Source of the DNA: Octopus bimaculoides
Taxonomy: Eukaryota
NCBI RefSeq assembly: GCF_001194135.2
Contig: NC_068982.1
Span: 60,938,827-61,002,826, forward strand
Reading direction: 5' to 3'
DNA length: 64,000 nucleotides
Within the stretch, counting starts at the first letter, position 1. Each line of letters opens with the position of its first letter. The notes beneath the pieces are model-generated. The model searched no databases. It saw nothing but the letters and a program-made list of their open reading frames with translations, and was not told the origin of the DNA. Of the stretch, positions 12,731 to 25,462 are shown one piece after another. The position numbers and the translations under genes were made by a program.

Positions 12731-13362
12731 ATGTGTCACAGTATTAGTGTTTTTCTCTCTTTTTTAAAAAAAAAAATGTTTATTCCACAATTTTTAGTAT
12801 CCATTTTTTTCATATATTTCCTTTTTCTTTCTTTTATTGTCTTTCACCATCTTTCCTCACTTACACTCTTGCCTTCTCTCCTTTATACAAGCCCTCTNNN
12901 NNNNNNNNNNNNNNNNNNNNNNNNNNNNNNNNNNNNNNNNNNNNNNNNNNNNNNNNNNNNNNNNNNNNNNNNNNNNNNNNNNNNNNNNNNNNNNNNNNNN
13001 NNNNNNNNNNNNNNNNNNNNNNNTATATATACATATATATATATACATATATATATATACATATATATATATATACATATATGTATATGTATATGTAATT
13101 TCTACTTCTTGTTCTCCATAACTATTTAGAATCTTCAAAGTATTTTTCAATAGTTATAAAAAGTAAAAGTAAATAAATATAAAATATATATATAACTTAT
13201 CCACTCCACTAATATAGAAATAATGCTTGGTGACTCAATTCTTCATAGAAAGACATAATTCCCATTAAAAGGAAGGAGGCATTGGTGGTGCTAGGGGTGA
13301 GGATATTAAACAATATGAAAAAGAACATATAATAATTATATATATGTATGTGTGTGTGCCTG

Positions 13363-13416
<54 letters not shown>

Positions 13417-14490
13417 TATGTAATCTTTATTTTATATATATATATATATATATTGCTATAATAATTATGTATATACATATCTATAAGTGTGTGTTTGTGT
13501 GCTTGTATACACACATGTACACACACATGTACACACACACACATATATATATATATATATTTGATTACATCAATAAAGTTATTTAGTGAATTTGATTTTT
13601 GATTATGAGAGTCATAAATTCTAAATCAAAACTGACCTTGTGGTTGAGCTAAGCCCGTCAATATAAGCAGATAAATCTGATTAGTTAGAGAGAAGCTAAC
13701 ATCCAAAAGCAGTAAGGATTATTGTATATTCAGGGGTTACTAAGCAGCACATTTGGGGGCCAAGATTCTGTGGTCCAGTTATTTAAGATTACAGAAGAAT
13801 ATTTGTTTATTTGTTTATTTTTATTCATTTTTTTCTCCTAATCTTTCAATCAATATTAGATAAAATAGAAATGATTGTAGTAAGTTGATAATATAAAAAA
13901 AATTAATTAAAAAATACATTAAAAAAGTTACATATCTGCAATTGAAACAAATGTCATTTTCTGAATTTGGAAAGTTGAAGAGAGGTCGGGCTTTTTGCTT
14001 ATACTATAAAGCTATGCTTGAATTATGATTTAATTTCGTTGTGTGTACATTATCAAAGTCTTATTATTTTATTATATTTTGTGTTGTTTTTCATTTGTTT
14101 ATTTAGCTACTATTTTTTTTTTTTTTGCCAATAGATTTAATGATTACTAATAATTAGTACCAAGAACAAAAACTACCAATTGGTAAGCCTCATTACTCAA
14201 AGACACTTGGTTTTAATTTTGAGAGAAAACCTGTTCATGTTCACTGATTTACAAATATTATTTTATTTATATTATTTAATGTTATCTTCTTTTTTTGGTT
14301 TGTTCATATATAATTATTTTTCATTCTTACAGATATTTCTTTGAGGCTGTTTAAATATAATTTATTATTTGTTTATATTTTTGTTAAAGAGAGAAAGTGC
14401 TTTTGCATGAGTAACTAATACGAAGTAAACTATCCAGAGAAACATTTTGTAAATCATAATCACTATTATTTTCATCCACTTTTCCTGGTT

Positions 14491-14502
14491 AATAACAACA
14501 AC

Positions 14503-14582
<80 letters not shown>

Positions 14583-14586
14583 TAAT
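14491..14586 (+). repeat. (AAT)n microsatellite
   Basis: Direct. Confidence 0.97.
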
Positions 14587-15734
14587 CTTTTCTTTATTAG
14601 CCAGAGGTGCTCAAGAAATACATAACTTTGACAGTTTCAAAGAAAAAAAATGAGGAGTGTGAAAGACACAAATACGACAGGAGAGCAAGAAGGACATTGT
14701 ACAATACATGGGAAAATGTATTAAAATGTTAATGGTAGATGCATGCACACATATGCACACATGCATGGAGTAAGGTAAATAAATACAGTTAGGCTTGAGA
14801 CATATATTTACATGGAGCACAAAATAAAGGAAACAAATATGTATTTTCTGCTCCTTGTGAATATATGTCTCAAGTCTAACAATGTTTATCTACCTTAGTG
14901 CCACCATAACAGCTTGACAAGGATTGCTCTTATAGCTTTTGATGCCAAGGCACTAGCTTTGAATGAAGAAGTTGGTGTTTAAGTTCACATCTATTTGAGC
15001 ACTACTATGAACTTATTTTGCTTTCACCTCCCTCTCACTTTCTTTCTCTCTCTCTCTCTCTCTCGATGTATGCATGTGTGTGTGTATACATACATACATA
15101 TACACACACATATACACACATATACATATATGGCTACATTTAGTTAGGGTTCTCCATTACCCTGTTGAGTGGGAGTGTAGGCAAATGCAACAGTAAGCAT
15201 TTTTTGAGACATTTGGTGTTGGAAAATGCTAACATCTGGAGGGCGATTTCTTTTAAGATCGATCTAATGTGTTTTAATTTTTCTAATAATTTATCTTTTG
15301 CATGTTGTTTATATTCTGAACTTGTTTTTGTTAATTATAACTTCTTCAGCAAGTCTAAAACTTTTATTTGTTAGATCTACCATAATTACATGAAAAACTA
15401 CCAATAGCAGAATTTTGTAAAACTAAACATTTCTTTGGCACTGAAACTAATCCAGGAGAGGACAAAGAAGAAGATTATAAATCTCTCTTCCCAAAAGAAC
15501 AGATGCAGATTAAATCATCCTTATATCGAATAGTACAACAGGTTCTTTTATACAAATCAATTCTCAAAATTGAGATAGGCAAAAGTTATGCTACTATCTA
15601 CAATACCTTCAAAACTGAAAACTCAGTCAAAACACAAGCTGAAATAGTCAGACATACTTCTGACTATATATTTGTATCCCAGTACATAGATCAAAAGAAC
15701 TCAGGAGTGGCAATAAGAGACATTGAAAAGAATA

Positions 15735-15845
15735 TAGATGCAATGCACTCAATGATGTAGGTACTCATAGTTGAGTGCTTGAGTATCACTCTATAGCTTC
15801 ATCAGAGCTTCAAAAACAAAACAAAAGAAAGAAATATATATATTT
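15735..15845 (-). mobile_element. Second, partial copy of the 11045-11225 hammerhead-like family
   Basis: Minus strand ttttgaagctctgatgaagctatagagtgatactcaagcactcaactatgagt..gagtgcattgcatct matches 11075-11137. The GAAA half is absent. Confidence 0.7.
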
Positions 15846-16866
15846 GAAATATATTTCACATGAATAACATACATTTGTTGGAATAAAAATCACCTCAGAG
15901 TTGATTGCCCAGAAGAACTGAAAAGATTAAGGGTGAAAAATGAAATGAAAATAATGAAGATCAGCAATAACAACATGGTGGACAACAAACTCCAGTTTCC
16001 AGAGCACTACCAACCAATACTCTGAGAATGGCAAGTGAAATACCTTTATACCCACTATTATAAATAGATGATCAAAACTCTTAGTCCACTATCAATGTCA
16101 ACTTGTTGTTTCATGATGAAGAAGAAATAATTACAGATGAAAATTTGCAAATGACCAGTGAAAATGAGAAAGGGAAAAAAAGAGGAAAAAAATCGTTGAA
16201 AAAAGAGATACTTAATGTAAAACATCAAAATCAATGAAAACCCTCCTATGAACAAAAACAGGTTCAGAATATAAACAGCATGCAAAAGATAGGTTAATGG
16301 TAAAATTAAAACTTAGATTACATTGAACTTAAAAGAAATCTCAAGGAAGCTTTACCTTAACACAACTGCAGTATAAATGAACCACAGTATTTGAATTTGT
16401 ATATGAGTTGCTACTGCTATTATTGTTAGTATCACTATTTCAAAACTACTTATTTGAGATTTAAGACATTTTTTGATTATAATTATATAATATATTCCTT
16501 CCCCTTGTACATTCAGTTGTGTGTTAAGATTTTGTGTTTACTTTTTACCAACCACTGGAGGGATAAGGTCTGTGATGCTGTCATTGTTTAAGCCCTAGCT
16601 TTGATCCAACAGATCCATGATCAAAGCATTGTAACTATGACCATCCTGTCTTTTCGTATATTCTAGACTATATTATTTAATATGTTCTTCCATTTTTTTA
16701 AGTAGTAGAGTGAGACTGAAAGGAGATTTGACTGCTATTTCTAGAAGTTAAAGCAGGGATGTTAAAGTTTCACCTAAATTGCCTTGTGGTATTTATTCTG
16801 ACTCTTTGCACTCTGGGTTCACATTCTATGGAGGCTATCTTAGCTTTTTATTATTTCAGGGTTGAT

Positions 16867-17085
16867 AAGGCAGTGAGCTGGCAGAATCACTAGCACAACA
16901 GGCAAAATGCTCAGTGGTATTTCATCTGTCTTTACATTCCGAGTTCAAATTCCACCGGAGTCAGCTTTACCTTTCGTCATTTCAGGATCAATAAAATAAG
17001 TACCAGCAGAGCACTGGAGTCAATGTAATCAACTAGTCCCCTCCCCAAAACTTCAGGCCTTGTGCCTTTAGTAGAAAGGATTATT
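16867..17085 (+). mobile_element. SINE family C copy (tail variant 1)
   Basis: aggcagtgagctggcagaatc..gagttcaaattccaccggag..ggccttgtgcctttagtagaaaggattatt. A further partial head follows at about 17115-17220. Confidence 0.88.
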
Positions 17086-18052
17086 TCAGGGTTGAGGAAA
17101 AGGTATCCATTCTGAGTGATTCGTTGGCAGATCCATAAGAAAGTCAGATCAGATGCCTTACTGTATTTGTTCATGTTCTTTTGGTTCTGAGTTCAAATCC
17201 TGTCATAGCCACCACCTAGTTTTGGGGTGTCTTTAGAGGAATCAACTCTGTTGCAAACGTTCACTTCAAGTCACATGTTTATCTCTACCTTCTCCATGAA
17301 AGATATACTCAAAACAAATGTCTTGCAAAGAATGACACTAAATACTTTTATGACTGTATTTCTAAATAAATATGCATCAATCAATTTTTTTAAAATCACT
17401 AAATATTTTAAAAGTATGAACAAAACTGTTTCATTAAGCTCTTGTTTGGAACAAAACTTAACAAAAGATTCTTCTTTAAAATTATGATGGAAGGTTTTAA
17501 TTTAAATACAAACATTTCAAAATGATAGGGTTTTTGTATCAAGGAATGAGAGGTAGTCTCAAAAAGATTGATACTGAAAAAGGAAATCTACTACAATACT
17601 ATTTCTACTAAGAAGCTAACCTTCAGTTATGTTGTGTAAATAGAAGGTCAATCTTTGTTGGGAGAAGAACCTATCAATCAGTGAAGCTATCACAGTATTC
17701 TACTGGTATTTATTTCTCAACCTTAGAGAAGAAAAAAGACAAAGTTAGTGGGATTTGAATTCAAAGCATACCCAGTCATACTGTAAGTTATTTAATAGGA
17801 CTGTTATTTCCGCCAACTTACCAATGTCAGCTACTTTTAATAATAATAATAATAATAATAATAATATTAATAATAATAATAATAATAGTAATGTAATGGT
17901 TTAGGTAAATAAGGTGTTGATTTCAAAGCTTTTGGAAAATGGCTTCCTGTTCTGAGTTCCTTATTTCATTGTAATGTTATGTTAATGACGTTAACAGCCT
18001 CATGAAATATCTGAATTTGTACATCTAGTCACACTCTGCCTGGATTTGAAAA

Positions 18053-18092
<40 letters not shown>

Positions 18093-18359
18093 ACGTGTGC
18101 ATGCATGCATGTGTGTGTATGCATGTGTGTGTGTGAGAGAGAGAGGGAGGGAGAGAGAGAGAGAGAGAGAATTAGATTAAGTGTAGATTTAAGATTTAAA
18201 ATGTACTATCAACTATATGCATTCATGCATACACACATAGATCCAAAGTCATCATCATTTATTACTTGGTGACCTCAAAAGCAAGTTCATTGTTAATTTC
18301 CTGTGACATATTGATCAAAGGGTTTTGATTGATTCTGTTTCATTTGTGTACAATACTTA

Positions 18360-18629
18360 GCAGGTGAAACCTGTAGACACAAGGACCGATTTAGATGATT
18401 ACAGTTTATGTCTGCGTCCTACTCAAAAGTCACAGAAATCCTGTCTAAAAGTTGATCAATTTCTTAACACAACAGAAAAATAATCTTACAGAATGATACT
18501 GAGACAATATTCCTAAAGAAAATAACATATTTCTTAGTTGCTTTAGACCAATACAAAACATAAATACACACAAAAATAGATGCAGCAGCAATTTCCATAC
18601 TACATCTAAATTCTATACTAACTTACCAA
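18360..18629. repeat. Unclassified ~270-bp dispersed repeat (copy 1)
   Basis: Collinear similarity with 26864-27118 (gcaggtgaaacct..ctaaaagtt.atcaatt..acagaatgata..agaccaata.aaaacataaatacacac..cttaccaa). Confidence 0.8.
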
Positions 18630-18669
18630 CCACATCCTGGAAATGTTCGTACATTAATTTTTCTTTCTG

Positions 18670-19646
18670 CTATAGATACATGGCCTGAAATTTTCGAGTA
18701 AGGGGCGAACTGATTACATTGATCCTAGCATCCAAATGGCTCTTGTTCTACTGATCTCAAAAGAGGAAAAGCAAAATCACCTTTGTCAGAATTTGAATTC
18801 AGAATGTAAACTCTATGCCCACTTAAATGTGGATACTCAGTTAGAACAAATTGCACTGTGGTAGATACCATGAGAGAAACTCTCATATTAGCTTTTGGTG
18901 AAAATTACACTCTTGTTTATGTAGCTAGCTGGGAGCTAGATCCTTGCCATCTCCAGTGCCAAGACCACCATCATGTGATTTCGACCTTCCTCAGCCTTGT
19001 CAATGATGGGCACTCAACCTGTAGAGATAGCAGTGACTCATCTCCCCACCAGTGATATATAGAAAAAATAGTGCCAGAAGAGGCACTGGTGTCATGATTA
19101 GCTAGATAGCTTGTTGAAAATATATATATTAGCAACAGAATCAGCGTTAATACCAAGATGAAATATTTATCCCCATTTAAATATGGATGTTCTGTTAGAA
19201 CAAACTATACTGTGGTAGATACCATGAGAGAAACTCTCATATTGGGTCCTGGTGCAAAATGCACTCTTGTTTACATCGCTAGTGGGGATATAAATCCCCA
19301 CCATTTCCAGTACTGAGACCAGCGAATCATGTAATTTTAACCTTCCTCAGTCTTGTCAGTGATGGATGCTCAACTGATAGAGAAGCAATAACCCATCTCT
19401 CCCCCAGCAATATATAGAAAAACAGTGCCAGAACAGGCACTAGTGTCACAATTAGCTAATGAGCTTGTTAAAAAAATATGTTACTGACAGAAACAGTATT
19501 AATAAGAGGTAATATTTATGCCTACTCAAGCAAGAATGTTCAGTTAGAACAAATTATACTGCAGTAGATACTATGTATCAGAATATAAAACCAGAAGAAA
19601 TGCCATGTAGCATTTTGTCCAGCATGCTAACAATTCTGCCAGCTCA
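18670..19646 (-). mobile_element. SINE family C copy split by a 767-bp insertion
   Basis: 3' part 18670-18810 ends gaattcagaatgtaaa. The head resumes at 19578 tcagaatataaaaccagaagaaatgcc..ctgccagctca. Confidence 0.8.
18811..19577 (-). repeat. Tandem array of a ~350-bp unit (2 units + ~65 bp) with hammerhead-like core; candidate retrozyme-like insertion
   Basis: gttagaacaaa recurs at 18840, 19194 and 19543. Flanked by tcagaat(g/a)taaa (18799-18810, 19578-19589). Minus strand CTGAGGA-AGGTC-GAAA-TCACATGAT at 18994-18970. Confidence 0.7.
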
Positions 19647-19933
19647 GTTCCTTTACTTTGTCATTGATACAAACACAACCAGATCAGCTGATATGAGCAG
19701 CAAAAATACATGCCTTCCAAATGCAACATCAAGTTCCACACACCCAACTGGGATTTGGGAGTGTAATGTGCTAGTAAGATAAGACTGGAGCATGAGTTTT
19801 CTGTAACTGTTATCTTTTTTATTTCTGTAATCATTGATTTAGTTGGACAAATATACTGGGTCACATTTAGGCTGTAAAGAGTGGAGGTATGTGATTCTTG
19901 TGTCGTACAGAATTAAATGGTCCACTTATAATT

Positions 19934-20041
<108 letters not shown>

Positions 20042-21084
20042 TGCAATAAAACTTGTTTAAATTGGTTTTAGCTCTGTCCTGTTGGATATCAATAATTGGT
20101 CCATTTCTATCATTTCAATAACAAACATATTTCTCCAACTTCATTTCCATCATTTCTTACAGATTCTCCTCCATATATAACATTTTACTTTTCCCCTCTA
20201 TCCCATGCCCCACCCTCTCTCTTTCTCTCTCTCAGGCCTGCTCCTTTTCACTAAATTTCACTCTTTCACTTTCTGTATCCTTTACCCCACACCACCACCA
20301 CACACACTTTTTTAGTTATTTTCCATCTCCCCACCCATCCATTTCTTACCCACTCTCTGTATTACATTTCTGCTCCCTTTCCTCTCCGTCTTTTACCACT
20401 TCTTTCTTTATTTTACCTCCCACATTCCTCTTCTTCACCTTCTACCACCCACTTCTTTTCCTCCTTCTCCTACATCTTTATTTTACTTTTACTCAGCCAC
20501 TCAGTTGTTTTACCCTTTCTTCCTTCCGTTCCTTCTCTATTCCATCATCCCTTTTCCCTCTCTCTTTTGTCTCACTCTCATTTTTTACCCTTAATTTCAC
20601 CCTCTCTTTTTCTCCTTTCATTTTTTTTCCTTCATTCTTTCCTTATTCTTATCTTTCTCTCTTCTAACACCCTAAAAGTCCAGGACATCCCCAAGTTTCA
20701 GTTCCTTTATTTCTGCTTATTGAAGGAACTGAAATCTAAAACCAAAGGTAGTTTGTTTACATTTTTCTATCAGAAATATGCTTTAATTATTAGTTCTACT
20801 CAAATATTTCATTATATACAAACTTCTTGGGTCCCACAACTGGAAGGGTCATGGTTATTACTGAGTTGGCTGACATTCAGCTTTGATGCTATCAGAAGAT
20901 TAAATGTTTGTTCACAAATGATTGCAGGCATAGCTAACCCTTTTGATACCAACCCACCTCAGATTACCCCTTGCTTTGTGTTACAAACATCTCATTTTCA
21001 AGAGTCCCAAATTAAAATCTTCCATCAGGACTTAATGTTAACTTATGTTCTAAAAAACAATTAATAATGACAAAGTGATTTTAC

Positions 21085-21248
21085 TAAGCTCGGGTGTAGC
21101 TATGTGGTAAGAAGCTTGCTTCCCAACCACATGGTTCCAGGTTCAATTCGACTGTGTGGCACCTTGGGAAAGTGTCTTCTACTATAGCCTTGGGCCAACC
21201 AAAGCCGTGTGAATGGATTTGGCAGATGGAAACTGAAAGAAGCCTGTC

Positions 21249-21290
<42 letters not shown>

Positions 21291-21505
21291 CTTTGCATCA
21301 GTGTTTGTCCCCTCATTAGCACTTGACAACCGGTGTTGGTGTGTTTACATTCCCATAACTTAGCACTTCAGCAAAAGAGACCAATAGAAAAAGTACTAGG
21401 CTTTAAAAAAAAGTCCTGAGATCAATTTGTTCAACTAACACCCTTTAAGGTGGTGCTCCAGTATGACCACAGTCAAATGACTGAAACAAGAAAAAGAATA
21501 GAAAA
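21085..21505 (+). mobile_element. SINE family B copy
   Basis: gtagctatgtggtaagaagcttgcttcccaaccacatggttccaggttcaattc..ccttgggaaagtgtctt..(GT)n..cagtcaaatgactgaaacaag. Confidence 0.9.
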
Positions 21506-21880
21506 ACAAAAGAATTATTTTCAAAATTAATTGAAGTAAAGGTAGAGTATCTCAATAGAAATATGGTAGCAAAATGGTTAAGAAGTTTACTTTGGAACCG
21601 TGTGATCTGGGATCAATCCTATTGAGCAGTACACTAAGCAAATATGTTATGTGAGCCAGCCAAATATAGATATAGTGAGCCAACCAATACCTTGAGAATA
21701 AAATTTTGATAGATGGAACCTGTGAAAAAAACTTAAGAGAAAATGAAACCAAGAAAACCTTGACTCACTAATGGTTTTAGGAACGTTACTGTTGTCACCA
21801 AAACATAAAGAACTTATAAAAATAAATCTTAAAAGACAGTTATTAAAAAATTGTCATCGATTCAATTTAACAACATTTAT

Positions 21881-22270
21881 CCCTTTAGCATTCGACGACT
21901 CTGTCAAATGTAATGCTTATTAATTTGCACTGTTTTGAATTAATCATGCATTTTCTCATAGCTTTGAAATTGCGATGATGTGATTGTTTATTTTTTAGAC
22001 CGACACCGTATGGCAGATGTAAGAGACCGGACCTGGCAGGTTTAAACATAAAAAAGAATACTTGGGTCATGTCTCATTATCATCATCATCGTTTAACATC
22101 TGCCTTCTATGCTGGCATGGGTTGGATAGTTTGACAGGAGCTGGCCAGGCAGAAGACTGCACCTGACTTCTGTGTCTGTTTTGGCAAGGTCTTTATGGCT
22201 GGATGCCCTTCCTAACACCAACCACCCAGTAGAGTGGCTTATATGCAAAAGACAGTTTAATGCAAAAGGG
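21881..22270 (+). mobile_element. piggyBac-type TTAA MITE carrying a nested RTE tail (about 22075-22240, minus strand)
   Basis: Termini ttat|ccctttagcatt ... aatgcaaaaggg|ttaa. Body matches 26542-26761. Nested tcatcatcatcgtttaacatc..ggatgcccttcctaacacc. Confidence 0.75.
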
Positions 22271-23464
22271 TTAAAAGAAATAAATATGTGTAAATTGCGT
22301 ATGTGTGTGTATGAAGTATTTGCATGTGTGTGTATGTGTGTAAGATGTTTGCTCTTCATTTCTCATTCCGGTCCACTTAGTTGTGAATGGATAACCATGC
22401 AACAGACTGGTGTTCCATTCAAGAGAAACATTGGTCTGCCCACCTAGCCATCAGGGTAGCACCATTTCAAAGCTACAACACAAGGAAGCGCATTGTGACC
22501 AGTGGTGTATAACAACATCCAATAGTCCGGTTAATATACACACTTGATTAAAATATTGGTGTACATAACGTTTCTAATGTATATATTTATATGGAACAGT
22601 ACTAGCTGCAACATTTTGTCACATCAAACAAAACTAGCTTGGAGTAGTAAATTCCACCTCAATTGCCTTCTCTATTGACTACACCTCTCATCTTCTTCCT
22701 AGATCCATAAAATAAGTATCGCACAAAATACTTCAACCAATATAATCGATTAAAAATTTTGAAGAAGGTGCTCTAACATGGCCATAGTCCAGTTACCGAA
22801 AGCTGTCAGACAGGAAAAGGATAAATGAAAGCAAAATATTAATTGATAACTGTAATAAATAATCTAGTGATGTAAATTTGGCAATAAGTGTTTGAGAAGA
22901 CATTTGTATCACATTTTCTTTTGCCTCCTCCACTCAGGCACTCCAGATCAACCCACCCACCTGCTCTCATGACCTTTGTATCCAATTCTCTAATCTCTGC
23001 ACTAAGTGTCATGTTTAATCTTTCCTCCTTAGGACATCAGTCCTCTAGAATGTCCTTTCTGCTAATGTTTTGCTAGCAGATTTTGACTTGTGACAGTGTC
23101 TTAAACATGACATTAATGGCATTAATCTCATCATTCTCAGGGACCTACAATGACCATGGCCACACCCTCTTCATCGAAGCCCAGTAAACAACAAAACAAA
23201 CCAGAGTATATGGATTAATTCTATGCAGTATGTCAGACTTTAATTGTCAGATATGCATATTGTTGTTTAACTTAATCCTGACTGATCCAACTGAACTATG
23301 ATAAAGAAACCCATATATGAGCATGCCATCTATTTCATAGACATACTATATCTGGTACTGTATTATTTAATCTGCCTTCCCTGTATGTTCTTTCCAGTTG
23401 TTATATATCTCCCAAATTATTTTCAAACACATATTCTTTTACATAATTCATATACTTTATGATC

Positions 23465-24240
23465 ATGATCATCATTTAATATCCATCTTCCAAGTTGGGA
23501 TTGGTTATACAGTTTGGCAGGGACCTGCAGGCCAGAGACCTGTGCTAGGCTCTGGTTTCTACATCTGGATGCCCTTCTTAAATCTAATTACTTTACAGAG
23601 TGTACTAGGTGCTTTTTATGTGGCACCAGCACCAGCAGGGAGTCAGCAAGTAACTTGCATGAGAAAGGCCCTTCAGCTGGGAGAGGGAGTGGAACTGAGG
23701 GAGTGGAACTGAGGGAGTGGAACTGAGGGAGTGGAACTGAGGGAGTGGAACTGAGGGAGTGGAACTGAGGGAGTGGAACTGATGGAGGTAGCTTTGTGCT
23801 AATTGAGAGGTTAAAGTGTANNNNNNNNNNNNNNNNNNNNNNNNNNNNNNNNNNNNNNNNNNNNNNNNNNNNNNNNNNNNNNNNNNNNNNNNNNNNNNNN
23901 NNNNNNNNNNNNNNNNNNNNNNNNNNNNNNNNNNNNNNNNNNNNNNNNNNNNNNNNNNNNNNNNNNNNNNNNNNNNNNNNNNNNNNNNNNNNNNNNNNNN
24001 NNNNNNNNNNNNNNNNNNNNNNNNNNNNNNNNNNNNNNNNNNNNNNNNNNNNNNNNNNNNNNNNNNNNNNNNNNNNNNNNNNNNNNNNNNNNNNNNNNNN
24101 NNNNNNGTAGCAGGTGATGGTGAGAGAAAATGGAGTAGTTGGCAGAACAGTAGGCATGAGAGGGAGAGTGGAGGGACCTGCTGTGAGGGGGTGGGAGGGG
24201 GTGGGTGGAAAGATGGACTTTGGGGACGTTTTGACAGAGA
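23465..24240 (-). mobile_element. RTE-tailed element with long purine/pyrimidine-skewed 3' region (family D), gapped
   Basis: catcatttaatatccatcttcca..ggatgcccttc..gtgctttttatgtggcacc..gaggtagctttgtgctaattgagaggttaaagt. Homologous to 31985-32650 and 62860-63595. Confidence 0.7.
23683..23780 (+). repeat. Seven perfect copies of the 14-bp unit GAGGGAGTGGAACT
   Basis: Counted directly: units start at 23683, 23697, 23711, 23725, 23739, 23753 and 23767. Confidence 0.97.
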
Positions 24241-24339
24241 ACAAATTGTGTGTGTGTATGAGGGAGCATAACCATAAAGAACATGCCTGCATGTATGGCC
24301 TCGATTTTACTTAGCTTGACATATCTTCTTATGCACAGC

Positions 24340-24925
24340 AAATAGCCATGTCTCAGTCCCTTGTCATCTCAGCATCTGAAAATCATTTCTCACCACTTTG
24401 TCGTCCCACTTCTTCCTTGATCTACCACTTCCACAGGTTCCCTCCACAATTAGAATCAGCACTTTTTTATGTAGCTGTTCTCATCTATAGGCATCACATA
24501 AGATACCAGCCCAGTCTTCTCTCTACCAGCCAATTCTTATCCTTGCAATTATGCTTTCAGAGCATCCTCCTCCACTGCTAACTTAGTCACTTAGGTAACA
24601 GAAGCTATCAACTACTTCTAAGGATTCTCCCAAACATTTGAGGAAGTCTATTTTCTGTATGTTTTTAGTGTTTATTGTATTGTATCTTCCACACAAAAAG
24701 ACTATTTTTTCTGCTAACTTTCCTGTGATACCACTGCACCTCTTATGTGTCCATAGCTTGCACTGAGCACACCATATAGAATTTCTATTTACACCTTTTC
24801 TACATATTGAGCAGGGCCATTTCCTCAAAGGGACTAGTAATTTGCTTGCTTTCCTATTTAGTAAGACTTGCTCTTTGCCAAAATAACTCTGAGGCCCTTT
24901 GATTCTAGACCTTGCCTCCATAGTG
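24340..24925 (-). mobile_element. RTE-like LINE ORF fragment with PHD-like Cys/His cluster, internally deleted
   Basis: KWPCSICRKGVNRNSIWCAQCKLWTHKRCSG..LEVVDSFCYLSD, then RIRIGW joined directly to ERRLGWY..DEN..IVEGTCGSGRSRKKWD. Confidence 0.85.
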
Positions 24926-25299
24926 CAAAATAATCTTTGTAATAAAAGATTTTTAAAAATCCAATGTCTTTGAGTAATAAAGATAGAAATTTTACTTTGA
25001 GTAAACAGGAATGTGCCTTAATCAAATTATGATATTTTTATTTCCTCTATTCCAGTGTTAAGGAAGCTTTCCTCAAATAAGAGAACTGGACTCCAGTGAT
25101 GACAACCAAGAAGCTAAGTGGTAGTGTAAAACCAGGGACGGAGTATGTCTACAACTGAGAAAGGTCATGGTAGAACTCTGAATGCAAAGGGCCAAAACAA
25201 ATACCACAAGGCATCTCTTCTAACAATTGTAAGGGAGAGTAAAGGAGCCTGTTGTAGGCAGTGATCGTGGGTGGTGGGAAGAGAGGGCCTTCTGTCAGT

Positions 25300-25462
25300 T
25301 CGCCGCTCTAGATTGGTACTTTATTTTATCAACCCTTGAAAGATGAAAGGAAAAGTTGACTTTTGTGAGATTTGAACTTGGAATGCAAGAAACTGGAATA
25401 AATATTGTCCTGAATTTCATCTGATGCTCTAACAACTCTGCTAGTTTGCTACCTTGAAGACG
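25300..25462 (-). mobile_element. SINE family C copy, 3'-truncated
   Basis: tggtactttattttatcaacccttgaaagatgaaaggaaaagttgac..atttgaacttggaatg..aactctgctagtttgctacc. Confidence 0.8.

Noticed and set aside
15503-15760. 85-aa A-rich ORF, possibly a TE protein remnant
   Set aside because: I recognised no motif, and it overlaps the second hammerhead-like family copy at its end.
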